64,000 nt of DNA from the human T2T-CHM13v2.0 reference genome, Homo sapiens: assembly GCF_009914755.1 (NCBI RefSeq), contig NC_060929.1. The stretch is one strand, 5' to 3'. A program made the translations under genes and the position numbers. Below are positions 34,601 to 47,235 of this stretch, piece after piece (position 1 is the first letter of the stretch; every line of letters starts with the position of its first letter). The notes beneath the pieces were generated by a model, which was given only the letters and a program-made list of their open reading frames with translations, was not told where the DNA came from and searched no databases.

Positions 34601-37600
34601 TTGGTTCGATCGTGTGACCTCTGAGAAGCTGGCTAGGACAGCTGACTTTACTATGATGGATAACTAAGCTTGGGCTCCATGAGGTGCCAAGCTTCCCTTT
34701 CCTGCAAGGGGATCTCATAAAAGAAACATTACAGCTTGATTCATTTTACCAAAATGTTCGACTTTTCAAGTGTCAGCAGTTAAGTATAAATTGTGAAACC
34801 AGGTATTTCTGAGAAGAGTTATGACAATGGCTTTCCCCTCCCTTTTTTTTTTTTATTTGGTCTCCTGGCATTTTCTTCTAAATGGTGTCATGGTAATTGG
34901 TGAATGGGAGCCTGGGGTGCTTCCCGCCACAGATACAGTGAAAAATGGTGTCTGCACCCTTGTTGACTATGACCTGCTTGGAGGTACAGAGCTGAACTTG
35001 GTAACCTCTGGCGGGATCTTCTTATTCCAATTCATTGTACTGGTTTAAGACCAACGCTGTGGGTTAGGTCCTGCTGAGTGCCTTGGAAATCGACTTTCTG
35101 ATCAGGATAAAAGTCTCTGCTTAAAGAGAAAGCTCTGGACAGAGATGCCTTTTTCAGGGGTAGGTTGTAAAGTCAGCACATGAAACAAAAACGGCCTAGA
35201 GTCAAAATTACCCTTGAAAATCTTTTAAGTCACCTTTAAGTCGCCAAGGCCTGGGCTTTTAGAAAACACAAAAAGCCAAAAATTAACTACTTCTGTTTCT
35301 CTTTGTCTTTTGGCTGTGGCTTCTTTCCCTCAGCCAAGGCTGAATAAATACCGAGCTTAAAAGTAGAGGGACTGCTCAGTAAACAAAGAGATGTATTTGT
35401 CATGTACACATACGTGGATGTGTTTGTATGTTTGGTGTGTGTGTATACAAATGCACGTGCATATTTATATTTTTGGACGTATACTATAGGGAAACTTGAG
35501 TGACACGTTCCCATACTATATAGATACATAAGGGAGGCAAAAATATAATTTGCTTTTGCTTCTTCAACTGTTGAGCATGAACATCATCGGTTATCATATG
35601 TATCTCCAGACAAACGATATCTGTAAATGATAATTCTCAAGCCTTTACAGATGGTCCTGAGTATAACTGCAATTAAAATCCACTGCTTCAAGACTGTTGG
35701 GGCTTGGTACTTATTACTCTAATGCTCCACTGAAGTGTTACTCAGGGCTGAAAATAGTGAGCAAGGCTTAAGACCTCCAAGCATCTCCATTCCTAAGGGC
35801 TTCAGTCTTTAAGGGGAGGATGTTGGGTGGCTGGAGGTAGAAATGAGTTTGCCTCTTGGTTCTCCTGTCACCTACCCTTGAACTAATGAGTAATTATGTT
35901 CAATGCCCCTGTATGCAGGGTATGATATGAAGTAAGTTACCCTTAGTCCTCCCCATCAAGAACTCAGTGCTAAAAAGGAACTCGAAAGAGTTCCAGCACT
36001 GAGCTATTGGATAACGGTTACTGCAAGTCCCTCCCACAATGACTCTGCAGCTAAAGAGGGAAAGCATGGTACCCAGGGTTTGTCTGCATTTACATGTGAA
36101 TTCTTCCTGCCGCTTCCACCTAGCTCAGCCCTTTGTGAGCTAACCTCAGGTCTAGGCCACCACTTGCCTCCTTCCCTAACCAGGCTGGAAGGGTTTTAAG
36201 ACTGATTTTGTAAATTGGCTTTTTTTCTTAAAATCTCTTAATTCTGGGAGGCACTGCTTAGGGGATATAGGCTCTGGATCTGGAGTCCAATAGACTTGGC
36301 TCAAATCCATGTTCTGCGATGTATTAGCAGCGTAAACACATGCCTCTGTGTCCTCATCTGTAAAACAGAGTTAATACCAACACCTGGTTTAGTAGATTAT
36401 ATTTAGTTAGTGCTTATCAGGCAATAACCAGCAATATTATTAATAATCCCCATTTATTTTCCAAGGAACTCTGGCAAAATATATGCATTCTTACAGTCAA
36501 TGTGTATTGCGTGCCTTGAGTGCTATGTTTGAGATATAATCCTATTTTCAAAACTCTATAAAAGACTCTAAATGGATTACTGGTTAGGAAGTATGGGAAG
36601 TTAGGAAACCTCCACTTACTAGCTGCATAAGCTTGAGAAGGTTACTTGTCCTGTATAAATCTCAGTTTCCTCATCTCTAAATTGGGAAGGAAACAATAAT
36701 GACAAGCAGAAGCATTTGCCGCAAAATAAGTCAGCTAAAGATAAATAACTTAAAGAGGTGAGAATTACAACTTTCATGGGGGTCATCGGCCTTTTTACTG
36801 AGGCTACAACTTCTTTCCCCAGATAAATTACATGTGCAGGCATTTGTGTGTGCATGTTCATAACGCACACATGCACGCACACACACACAGGAATTCTAAA
36901 TGCAATTTCAGGGGTACACAGATCCAGGCTAAACTCCCTGGATAAAAAGAAATATAAGTAGTAGTGGATACCAAGCCCCTAGACTGAGCATATTATCAAA
37001 TGGGGAAATGGAATCTGCCTGTAAGTTTTCTGGTAGATACAGGAGAGAGTGGGGGAAATGGACAGCATTCCATAGCTTGTGTTTTTGACAAGAGAATGCA
37101 GAGATGTTTCCTGGAATCAAACTCAGGCATGTTTTTTCTAAGAGCTGAATATACCATAAGATTTGCCATTTGTTTCTGTGTTTTCGTCTGAGGAGGGTCA
37201 CTTTCATTTCAGGATATAATGTTAATCGAGTTTCCTCAAATTAAAAAAGTAAATACACGAGAAAGAGAAAGAGAGATAGTGAGAGTGAGAGAGAGGCTAG
37301 TGTCAGTGTGGAAGATGAAGATGTTAAGTCGTTCTTCATCCTTTGCTGAAACCCTTAGTCATCTCCCTTTCTGCTAGGAGGCAACGTGGTTATGCAAAGA
37401 TATCTTATTTGTATTTTCACTGATGCAACTGCAGGTTTTGAATTACTGATAGTCTTTGCATAAAGACTAAAACAATAAAAGCATAATTAGAATACATTGT
37501 ATACAGCCAACTCCAGTTTTATTTTGCCCCAGCTCTGTATTTATGATAAATCACTAAACATGAATGCTCTTTAGGGAGGGTGATTTTAGGTCTCGTCTCT

Positions 37601-40600
37601 CCACTGAGCAAAAACAGTGCCTGTGACTGGAGTCTGAATTTCAATTTTGCAAGTGTACAGTTGAAGTGAATAATATTTGGCACAATGCAGTGCACAACTG
37701 AGCCACTAAATGGCTGATTTACTAAATTATTATTAGATGAGCCCTTGCTGTTCCAAATGAAAGTGCAGTCACTGTCTTCCTTCATGGTGTGTTCAAATTG
37801 TTCTGTGTTTAAATATTCAGCATGAGGCTAATGTGAACTGATGAACTGAGACTATAAACATTCACTTTCAATATAGATAGAGCGACAGAGATGCAACATA
37901 TCATGTGGCCAGCAGAGGTGAAAATGATTTATATTTAAGGATGTTGCTGCCTACTTCCATTACTTTAAGGTACTCTTAATTAGCCTGGTGTTTGAAATGA
38001 CTAATTCACATGTACAGGGAGAGCCACTTCATAGAGACTGAGATTTTCGAATGCCAGTGAAGGAGAAGCTACCGTGAGGATTTGCTACCTCTGTATTTCC
38101 AAGGAAGCCTTGAGTTCCTTCACGGCAGGCTGGCCACACAGCACCACCAGAGTAGCATGTCTGCCAGAGATACTATGGTGCTTGACATTCAATGTGCTTT
38201 TGGAGACCCACCAAAAGGGTCCACAACCCCTCCTTCCCACCATCCACCCCACTGGTGTTCACCTCCCTTATAATTCCAACCTACTGCACAGCCAGCCACA
38301 CTGGTACTTCAATCCCCATGTCACTGACTTCTTTACTGACACCTGCTGGAATGAACAACAACTTTTTGCTCCTTGGACAAATAGAACCCTCCTCTCTCTT
38401 CCCCTTTGAGGGCAGTTATAGGCAAGCACTTAAAATACTGTGATCACTTACAGTAGATTAGAATTTTTTATTGGTGCTGTGTTGCCATAACAACATGAAG
38501 ACAGCAGATGACTTAAGCTAAGCTTGCAAAGCAAAAGGCTGCTCATCTGGCAGTTAAAATGAATGCAGTTCATTTCACAAGTTTCCCATATGGACTCTTA
38601 GTGTATGGTAATGAGGAGACCATATGGTGAGAGAAAATGCACTGAGAACAATTGGGTTCCACTGGCTGAGTGGGAAGTTGGGAGAGAAAACCCGGGTGAG
38701 AGATTCCGGTGTGCTCTCTGGGTTCAAGGTTTGGCGGAGGTTTGTTTGGGATGGTTGTTTTCCATAGGGGTTTCACGTTTCTTAATCCGTTCCTTAATAT
38801 GTCGGCTGTGTGAAATGACAAACATCTTGCAAATTTTGCAATATCATTCATCACAAACTGTCAGCAGTGTTTGCAAATCTGACTTGCAAGATCTTTTAAA
38901 TGTGTTGTTCTTAAAAGGCAACAGTACTAAGTTTTTAGACAAAGTGCAGGAAAATTTAAGCACTTCTGACAAGCAGAAACATTAACAGTAATCATTTTAA
39001 AAACACTCGCATCTTTTGCCTGCATGTTTAGCTGTAAATAATGCTCGAATGTATAAAAGCTTTAAAGTAAAAATGTAATAAATACTTTTTTTATGTTTCA
39101 TAAAGGATAAAAAATGCTTTGAGCCATGTCTACGTGTTATCTATACCTACCAACATAGAGATGGATAGCTCCCATTCTCCTTACTACTAACCAGATTGGG
39201 GACCTAGGAGGACAGCTTGAAAAAGGCTCTGAAGTCAATTCTGTACTATACATGCTTCATAAAAGATGAATATAAATGCATTAGTTAGACACGGTGAGCT
39301 AAATTAGAAGGTCAGGCAGGGCTGGGAGGGCTGAAAAATCACACAACCAATGAGTGTAATTACTCTTTTTTAAGTCTATTAAGTGGTGGTGTTCTATCAA
39401 GGCTCAGGGGTATAGGACATGAAGAACAAGATAAAGTAATGTGTATTTATTACTCCCACTGGATCAATTTACCAGATATTTTCAGCTCCATAAAGCAAAA
39501 TACACAAATGCAGCCTTTGTTACTTTTCCCAAACTGCTTTATTTTCTCTAAAAGAGGGGCTGGCTCTTGGAGAAAAGACATTGGCCCTGAGAAGGTCCCC
39601 AGGCCAAGCCTTCTCAGTAGGGAAATGAGAGAAAGCTGGTGAGAATCTACATAAGGATGGGGGCCAGGTGTCAGGTGTCTGCAGAGGAGACACCTCAAGG
39701 CAGGAGAAGTGGGAACTCAACATAGTGACGGCAGTGAGGCTACCGACCCTGAGGGCCTGAGTTTGAATGAATGGTAGTTTTCCCGCGTGCTAGCTGTGAT
39801 GTCGTAGCAAGTCACTCAGATCTCTGGGGACTCTAACTTCTCATCTGTAAAATGGGGAACACCCACAGTGCAGGGATTAGTGGCCCCCATTTACTGGAGT
39901 CTTGCTAGATGCCAGGGATGCCTCTTGGCATAAATTATCTCATTAACACCTGACAACAATGCCGTGAGGCAGCTGCTTTACAGAGGAGAAACCTGAAGCA
40001 TGGGAGGTTGAGTCATGTGTACCAAGTAGGGGATCATGTTTCCAAAACGCACATCCTTCTGACTTGAGAGCCCACTCTCTTGGCCTCTATGATCTTCGAA
40101 AACCTTAATAATGCAGTGCTGGGCTCACAGTAGGCATGAAGTAAACATTCCTTGCTTCCTAGGATTCACAGCTGACACGCCTGACGCCAGCTAAGCTCAG
40201 GGCTCACTCTCACTCACTGCCTTAGGGCTAAGGCTCACTGACCACTCACGAAGGCAACTAACAAACTGCAAGGGGGCGGAGACATTTCTGACCTTGAACA
40301 CAGAGAGCGCTCCTTGCCCAATGTGTCTGGATTGCATCACTGCGGCCATCAGCATCTCAGAATTTCTGATCGACCATGTTCCCCATCCCCTCCACCTCTA
40401 AATTATAAGAAAAGTCAACCTTGACCTCAAAGTTGGTCACATGTTCCTCCCCTTCCTGCCAGGATCCAGAGAGAAAGGCGAAACTGTATGAAACAGAACA
40501 GAATGCTGTGATTTAAAAACCTTAGCCTGCCCTTTTCTCCCTGTGTATATGAAAAAGGAAACCAAAAAACATCTGGGGTTAGCATAATCACAGTATTTTA

Positions 40601-41509
40601 AATTTGTGTGTACAGCAACTATCACTGATGGTGACTTTCAGGGACAAAATAATTTACAGAGCAGGATTCCGCTTGCTCCCGTTTTCCTATTTGGTAAATG
40701 GTAAAGATGTCTGCTGCCCAGCCTCTCTCGCAGGAGGGACTCCAATAAAACAAAGCACGTCCAAGTTTTTTTGAAAAAGCACATGCCTGTATACAAAGGC
40801 ATATTATTATGGAAAGCTGTCTGCTTGGTCTTTGGAGCAGTTTCATTTGACAGAATGTGTGGGTGGTTGTATGAATCTAGCTTTGTCTATTCACAAACAC
40901 ATGGGTTTAATAAAGAGGAGTTTGTTTTTTAAGGTGTGTGGTCCATAGCTCACTGAAACACTCCTGTTTGACAAACACTGACCATGATCCTAAGAAAGGC
41001 GCAGCCCATTTTTATCTCCCTAACAATGGACAGCAGGAGTATAAATCTCCCAAGTCCACAGGAATACCTTGTGCTGGCTCCATCCGCCACTTCCTGACCC
41101 TGCCCTTGAACTCTCGCTCCACTTTAACATTCAAAGCCAAGAGGACAGCCACTCGGCTCTGAGTCACACTGAGAGCTTCCTGGGGTGGGCTCCGGCCAGC
41201 CCTTGCACGATCAAGTGGCTAGATGCAAGCCGTGGAGTGTTTCCTTAACACACAAATCCATTGTGTCCTTGATTACTCTTTCCAAACCCAGGAAAAAAGG
41301 GTTGGGAATTTTACCATCAGGGACAAAGTGACACGTGCCTATGCTATTTGTTCAACATTTCTGAACATAACATGCAACCATAAAAGTGTTTTCAAAAGTA
41401 AGTACACAAAACTCAACCCTAGATTCCCATTTCTCTCCTTTCCTTTCTTATAAGAAAAAGAACTGTCTGGTTTCCGTAGACCTCAACCATTAAACCAGAT
41501 TTGTCTTCT

Positions 41510-41796
41510 ATTTTTCTTTGAGACAGGGTCTTCTGGCTCTGTCACCCAGGCTGGAGTGCAATGGTAGGTATGTCTCACTGCAGCCTTGACCACCTAGGCT
41601 TAAGCAGCCCTTCCACCTCAGCCTCCCAAGTAGCTTGGACTACGTGCACACACCACCATGCCTAGCTAACGTTTTTTTTAGTTTGTAGAGATAGGGTTTT
41701 GTGATGGTACCCAGGCTAGTATCCAATTCCTGGCCTTAAGCAATTCTCCCACCTCTGCTTCCCAAATTGCTGGGATTACCAGCATGAGCCACTGCT
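41510..41796 (-). mobile_element. AluJ
   Basis: Diverged antisense dimeric Alu (GAGACAGGGTCT...GGCTTAAGC...CCTGGCCTTAAGCAATTCTCCC). Confidence 0.88.
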
Positions 41797-43619
41797 CGAT
41801 AAGTATTTTTAAAGTGGCAACTATGGGCCAGATGCTATGCCAAGGGCACCCATGAGATGACCTCTTTATCCTTACATGATCCCCTATGAGTTAGCATGAT
41901 TAATTATCCCCATTTTATCAATGAAGAAACTGAGGCACAGAGGAGAAATCACATGTTCAACTGCTCACCAGGATTAGGATTTCCTGCTCTGCAGAGATTG
42001 GGTGGAAGAGCTCTCAGAAGCAAGGGTCCCATTCTCACTCAACTGGCAAATCATCATAGCTACCTTTTGTTGGCTGCTAAATAAGTCATTGTAATAAAAC
42101 TCGAAAAGGTACAACATAGCACCATCCACATTTAGTGGATGAGGACATTGAGGCACAGAGAGGTAAACAATTTTGACCTAGGTTGCATAGCTAGCAAGTG
42201 GCCAATGTCTGAATTCCACTTTGTCCAACCTGACTCTCCTCAATACCTCCAGTGGACTCTAGAGATCAAATGGTAAAGCAAGTGCTAAATATAAAGTGAA
42301 TACAGTGCCCAAATGTTCCTCACTGGGAACAATGGGAAGAATCTGGCATTGTACCCCTGCCTTTGTTCTAGCACGAAGACAGCTAAGGCACCTACCATTA
42401 GTCAGACCCACATCATTTATATCATCGTGCTATAAAATTACCAGTTGTCCCATAGGAAATGCACGGGACCATGTTCTTGCTAGACAGAGGAACCTAATGG
42501 TAAATCTCTCCACAGACCATCTATACCATGGGTGGAGACTGCTGTTTATTATTATAGTTAGATTATTTAATCTACTAAATAATATTAAATAACCTGTAGA
42601 TGATTTAATTGCTTACCAAGAATAAATTGGGGTGGAAAAGGAAAGGGAAGGACAGCACTTCAGTGGAAGTGAGGTTGTTCTTGGAAATTGAAGCTTGAAA
42701 CTGAAGGCATCATCTCTGAAAACTGAAGGTGTTTTTCCCTCAAAGTCAAGATGCAGGACACAGGCCCTTGCTCATCACAGTCCTTCCTCTCCGGAGCAGT
42801 TAGCGCTCCTCCTCTCCATGCGCCTCACCTCTGTGTAGTGGCCTGAGGGGTGGATTTCTCCCAGACAGGGCCAGTTCTGACAGGTGGCCCTGCCTACAAG
42901 GGCAGCCAGCACACGGGTAGGATTTGATGACGAACTGATACTCCAAGGAGGTTCACCAAGCTAAGAAGGATGGCAACTTCATTTTTGCAAGTGTTTTACA
43001 CGGATACATAAACCTAGAAATGGCATATCTCTAGACTTACTGTGGCAAGAAAGAGTCCTTGAAACTACTAATTCAATTTAATGTTAATAGTTTTCACTTG
43101 TGTAATAAATGAAGCTTTTTGCCGTCAGTAAACAGTGAATGCAAGCTCAACGAATTCTGTACTTTGAACTTCCTTCGCATTTAACTGCCCTCTCCTCTGA
43201 GTCCTCACAGAACGTTGGTTGCACTTTTCTTTAATGTGCTATTATTTTTATGATTAGTTGTGTTTGGGATTCTCTCCCACATAAAGCCCAAGTTCCTCAG
43301 GTACAGGGATGGGGATATCCCAAACATTCACAACAGGTATGCAATAGTCAATAAAGGTCAGTTTCCTTCTTTCTGCACTGGCAATTAATGATGTATTGGT
43401 GACATATATGACTCTGTCTTGAATTTTTGTTTAATTTCTCTCATATTTGTGCCTATTTTCCCAACCAGGTAGAATGCCTTAGGAGAAGAGAGGTTGTCTT
43501 TGCCCAATCTCAAGATCTACCAAAACATTTTGAGCTCTAACTATTCTCCTCTTGCCAGGACTAAGTACGGATCCTCGTAGACAGAAATTTGGTGCTGCTT
43601 TTTCTTTTGAGAATTGGTA

Positions 43620-43868
43620 AGATGTAGCGATTAAGTAGCCCAGACTCTAGGGCCATGCTGCATAGGTTCAAATCTTGGTTTAGCGATTTACATGCTATGT
43701 GACCTTGAGCAAATTATTATTTAATCTCTCCTTGCTTATTTTCTCTTCTAAAATAGGAATGGTAATAATACCAACATCAGAGCATTGTTGAGAGGATAAA
43801 ATGGCATAACAGATATAAAAGTAAGCACAGTGTTGCCTGGCACATAAGTGCTTGCTACTTTTATTATT
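43620..43868 (+). mobile_element. Near full-length MIR
   Basis: ggttcaaatcttgg...tgtgaccttgagcaa...taaaataggaatggtaataatacc...gcctggcacataag. Confidence 0.8.
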
Positions 43869-44007
43869 GCTTACCTTACAGCACCAAACACACAAAACAC
43901 AAAAATATGAGTTGTTTACCTGTGAACTAATTTTTATCAGCAGCAGAGTTTTCTGCAAATCGCTCAAGTCCAAATTTTCAGGAATTACAAAAAGGCAGTA
44001 TCCTCAC

Positions 44008-44096
44008 CTTTGGCAAACGCTCAGGGTCACCAGGGTGCCGAGGAATGACCTTCTGTAACCTCTGGAAACCATAATCGATGGTGGGTTCGTTGAGCG
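44008..44096 (-). CDS. EBF1: EBF1 coding exon (89 nt; end of IPT/TIG domain, helix 1 and loop): (A)[29 protein letters not shown]
   Basis: Minus strand reads ttattgcag|CG CTC AAC GAA CCC...CCA AAG|gtgagg. The peptide is the conserved COE-family motif. Phase 1 in, phase 0 out. Confidence 0.97.
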
Positions 44097-46944
44097 CTGC
44101 AATAAAGAAGTCACACAATTAGTACATTTTCAAGAAATAAAGCTGAACATGGCTTGCAACACTAATGGTGTGGAAATAACCAGGAAGTCCAAAGTTTAAC
44201 TGATACTTTTGAATTGGATCACAAGATGGTTGTGTGAATGATCTCTTGGCTAAACTTTCCACCATCTGCTTTATACCACGGTGGGGAGTGACCCGCCCAA
44301 AAGAACATTAGGAGTAGGTCTTGAACAGTGTTCCTTTGGCCAAATTCTACACTCCTTACATGATCATAAATAGAAAGTAAAATGGTATTTGATGTGAGGT
44401 TTTTAGTATCCACTTTAATTCAGTTGCTCAGGTAAAAGCACTCAAGGGCTTGCCTGGTGGTATCTATACATTGTAAACAGCAGGAGAATTAAAAGTATCT
44501 GCTTAACTGCAAAATCCTTAGCGGACCTCAGCTGATACAATATCTCAGCACAAATAAGCATGCAAGAGGCTGGTGAGAGTAGAGGAGAGTGAGTAGAAGT
44601 GAATCTTTGAGGTATGGAAAGCCAGTGCCACCCTTGAGAGAGTCTGCAAAGGGATGGGTATTGAAAATGCCCTGATTCAAAACTCTCACATCTGAAATGA
44701 TAGATCCTTTCACCAACATTGATATTATTTGGGACCAGCATCTGTGAAGTACTAGCTTAGAGCAGCCGAGTCTCCAAGAATAATCCTTGAAAACACCAAA
44801 AGAAGAGCAAACCTGGAATAACATTTGGAGACAATGGACCTTGCTGTGTGCACATTGACTACACACTCTTTAAAGCATCCTTAAATTAAACACAATATTA
44901 AGTGGACTCTGGTCTATCATTTTCAAAATTTCTCCCTGGTATGTGAAATATCTTCAGGCTGTCTCACGTGAAACAGCGGAGATGGAAAACACGGCAGCTC
45001 CAGCTCCTATCCATAGCCTCCACATCCCTATATTCTCTAAGTAAGGGGTAGGTGGGTGTTTTTTTAAAATTTCTTGTCTTTTTTAGTGTAATCAAAGTGC
45101 TCAACCATGTATTTTCTCACATGCTGAATAAAAAAGACAGTCTGTGTAGTTCTGACATTTAGCTATACATTAAAAAACAAGTTGCCACACGTTTTGCTTA
45201 AAATGCATTTCCATTAACCTAAATTTTAAAAGTAAGATTCATACTAGTACTAACTTTAAAAAACTGTATTAAATTCAAATAGGTCCCAAGGCTAATGGAA
45301 GCAATTTGTATACCAACCCAAACTGACTGGCCCACTTTTCAAAATACAGGTATGATAATCTTGTGGTTTTAAAAGGACATTTAAATTGAAAGACTGTGAA
45401 TTTAGTACATAATTATACCAATAGAACTCTTTAACTTGTCAACTTGTAAATCTAAAAGGCTATCAATCATTTCTAAAGAGGAAATAAACCTTAAAATTCC
45501 TTGATTGACAGTGCTTACTTTTTATGTAAGGAAAAAAAAAAGCTGCATAAAGTGGCCAGAAATCCATTTACAAAAGTACATTGTTTTACACAGGTGAGTA
45601 AAAAGCCAATAATTACACCTCCAAAAGACACATAAATCAGAGTAAGTACTTTTTCTTCACTTGTATATTTTAAGTTAGAGTGAACTTTAGGTAACTTTTT
45701 ATTAGAAAGATTTTTTTCCCCCAAATGCAATGCTTATTGAAGTCATTAATAGAGTGGCATTTTCATTTAAGATAATGTAATCATTTTTGCAAATATGAGA
45801 TTTAGTTAACCCTCCCCCCATTTCCAAACAGTAAACTTTCAACCTGTCTCTTGTGGAAATTAACTAAAATTACACCCAGGTGTATCAAATCTTTCTATCT
45901 ATACTAGTATATGAGTTAAGGCACAATATTTATTATTCCTTCCATTTTATGAATTACTTTCTAAACCCTTGAGAAGAATTCTTTTTTCAAATTAGACTTG
46001 TAGAGAAAATGCCATAGAATTCTTTAGGCAGGGAAGCTGCAACTTGTAAAATCCACTGTATTTAATCAAGAGATGCATGAGAGAGACAGGAATGAGCACC
46101 AAGGTTTAAGTTATTTATAATATCCACCCCCACCCATAATGCTAATTGCCAACAAAAATGTTTAACCATAAATAGTAGCTTTAGACAATTAAATGCATCA
46201 TTTTAATATCTGAAAACATAATTCAGCATCCTGAAAATTCTAATTCTTGGTTTTACTTTTCAGTCTAAGATACCAGTAAAATTTGAATTGTTGCCCCACC
46301 ACTTCAATCATTAGCATAATGAATTCCTATTGTGTCTAGAAATTCATGGTTGTTAATTGAATGACTGTCTGATGTATGGCGGGGAGAGAGATGTTTCTCC
46401 GGCTATATGGCCAGCTCACAGAGGAATGACCGACAATATCAGCAATTAAAAGAACCAATTCAAATATCATATGGAACTAATAGCTAAAGAGCTGAAGAGA
46501 AGTCATTCGGCTGCCACAGAGTAATTGAATTAGACATATTAAACTCATTATTCAAAGAAAAATAAGGATTTACTCCATGGACGTGTACTATGAGAGAGGA
46601 AATATTTAAATAGTAAGGCAAGGGCTTTTAACTTATGTCCCATGCCTTTATGATTTGCTGTCTGTTCATAGCTTTAAACAAGTTAACCTGCCCTCAATAC
46701 AGGTATTGAATATTACAATGGAATCGTCCAGTGCTGCAGACAAAGCTAACATTAAAGATGCTAGACAAAGCTCACTGTCCTAAATCCAAAGGAACCTGAT
46801 GATTTATCTGATTGCATTGACTAGAGAAAAAAAGTAAACCAATTACTGACTGTGGGGGAGCCATCTGACAAAGACTGTTATTTTAACTGCCCCCACAAAA
46901 AATATATTAAACATCTGGGAAGTGGGGGATGGTTAATTTAAGGC

Positions 46945-47235
46945 ACCCGCATGGAATAGAATATGATGCCATCCTCAAAAGCAATGCCATAGGAAAAAAT
47001 ATTTACTGATATATTGCTTGGTTAAAAAGTAGATTACAGGAGCATGTGTACAATATAGTTACTTTTTTTAAACAAACATATATAGAATAAAGAAAATATG
47101 TCTGTGTATAAACTGCCAAATAGTAGTTATTTCTAAGTAGCGGGTCTTAAAGTGCTTTTCTTCCTGTTCTTTTTGCTGTGAATTTTCTAAATTTTCCACA
47201 ATGAACATATATTACTTATATAATCAGAGAAAAAG
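46945..47235 (+). mobile_element. Ancient L1 (L1MC/L1ME-like) 3'-end fragment
   Basis: ggaatagaatatgatgcc...aaattttccacaatgaacatatattacttatataatcagag, typical of old L1M 3' ends. Confidence 0.6.

Noticed and set aside
38074-38985. ORFs of 111 and 126 aa on the plus strand
   Set aside because: They have no recognisable domain or splice structure, lie antisense within an EBF1 intron, and their lengths are compatible with chance in 64 kb.
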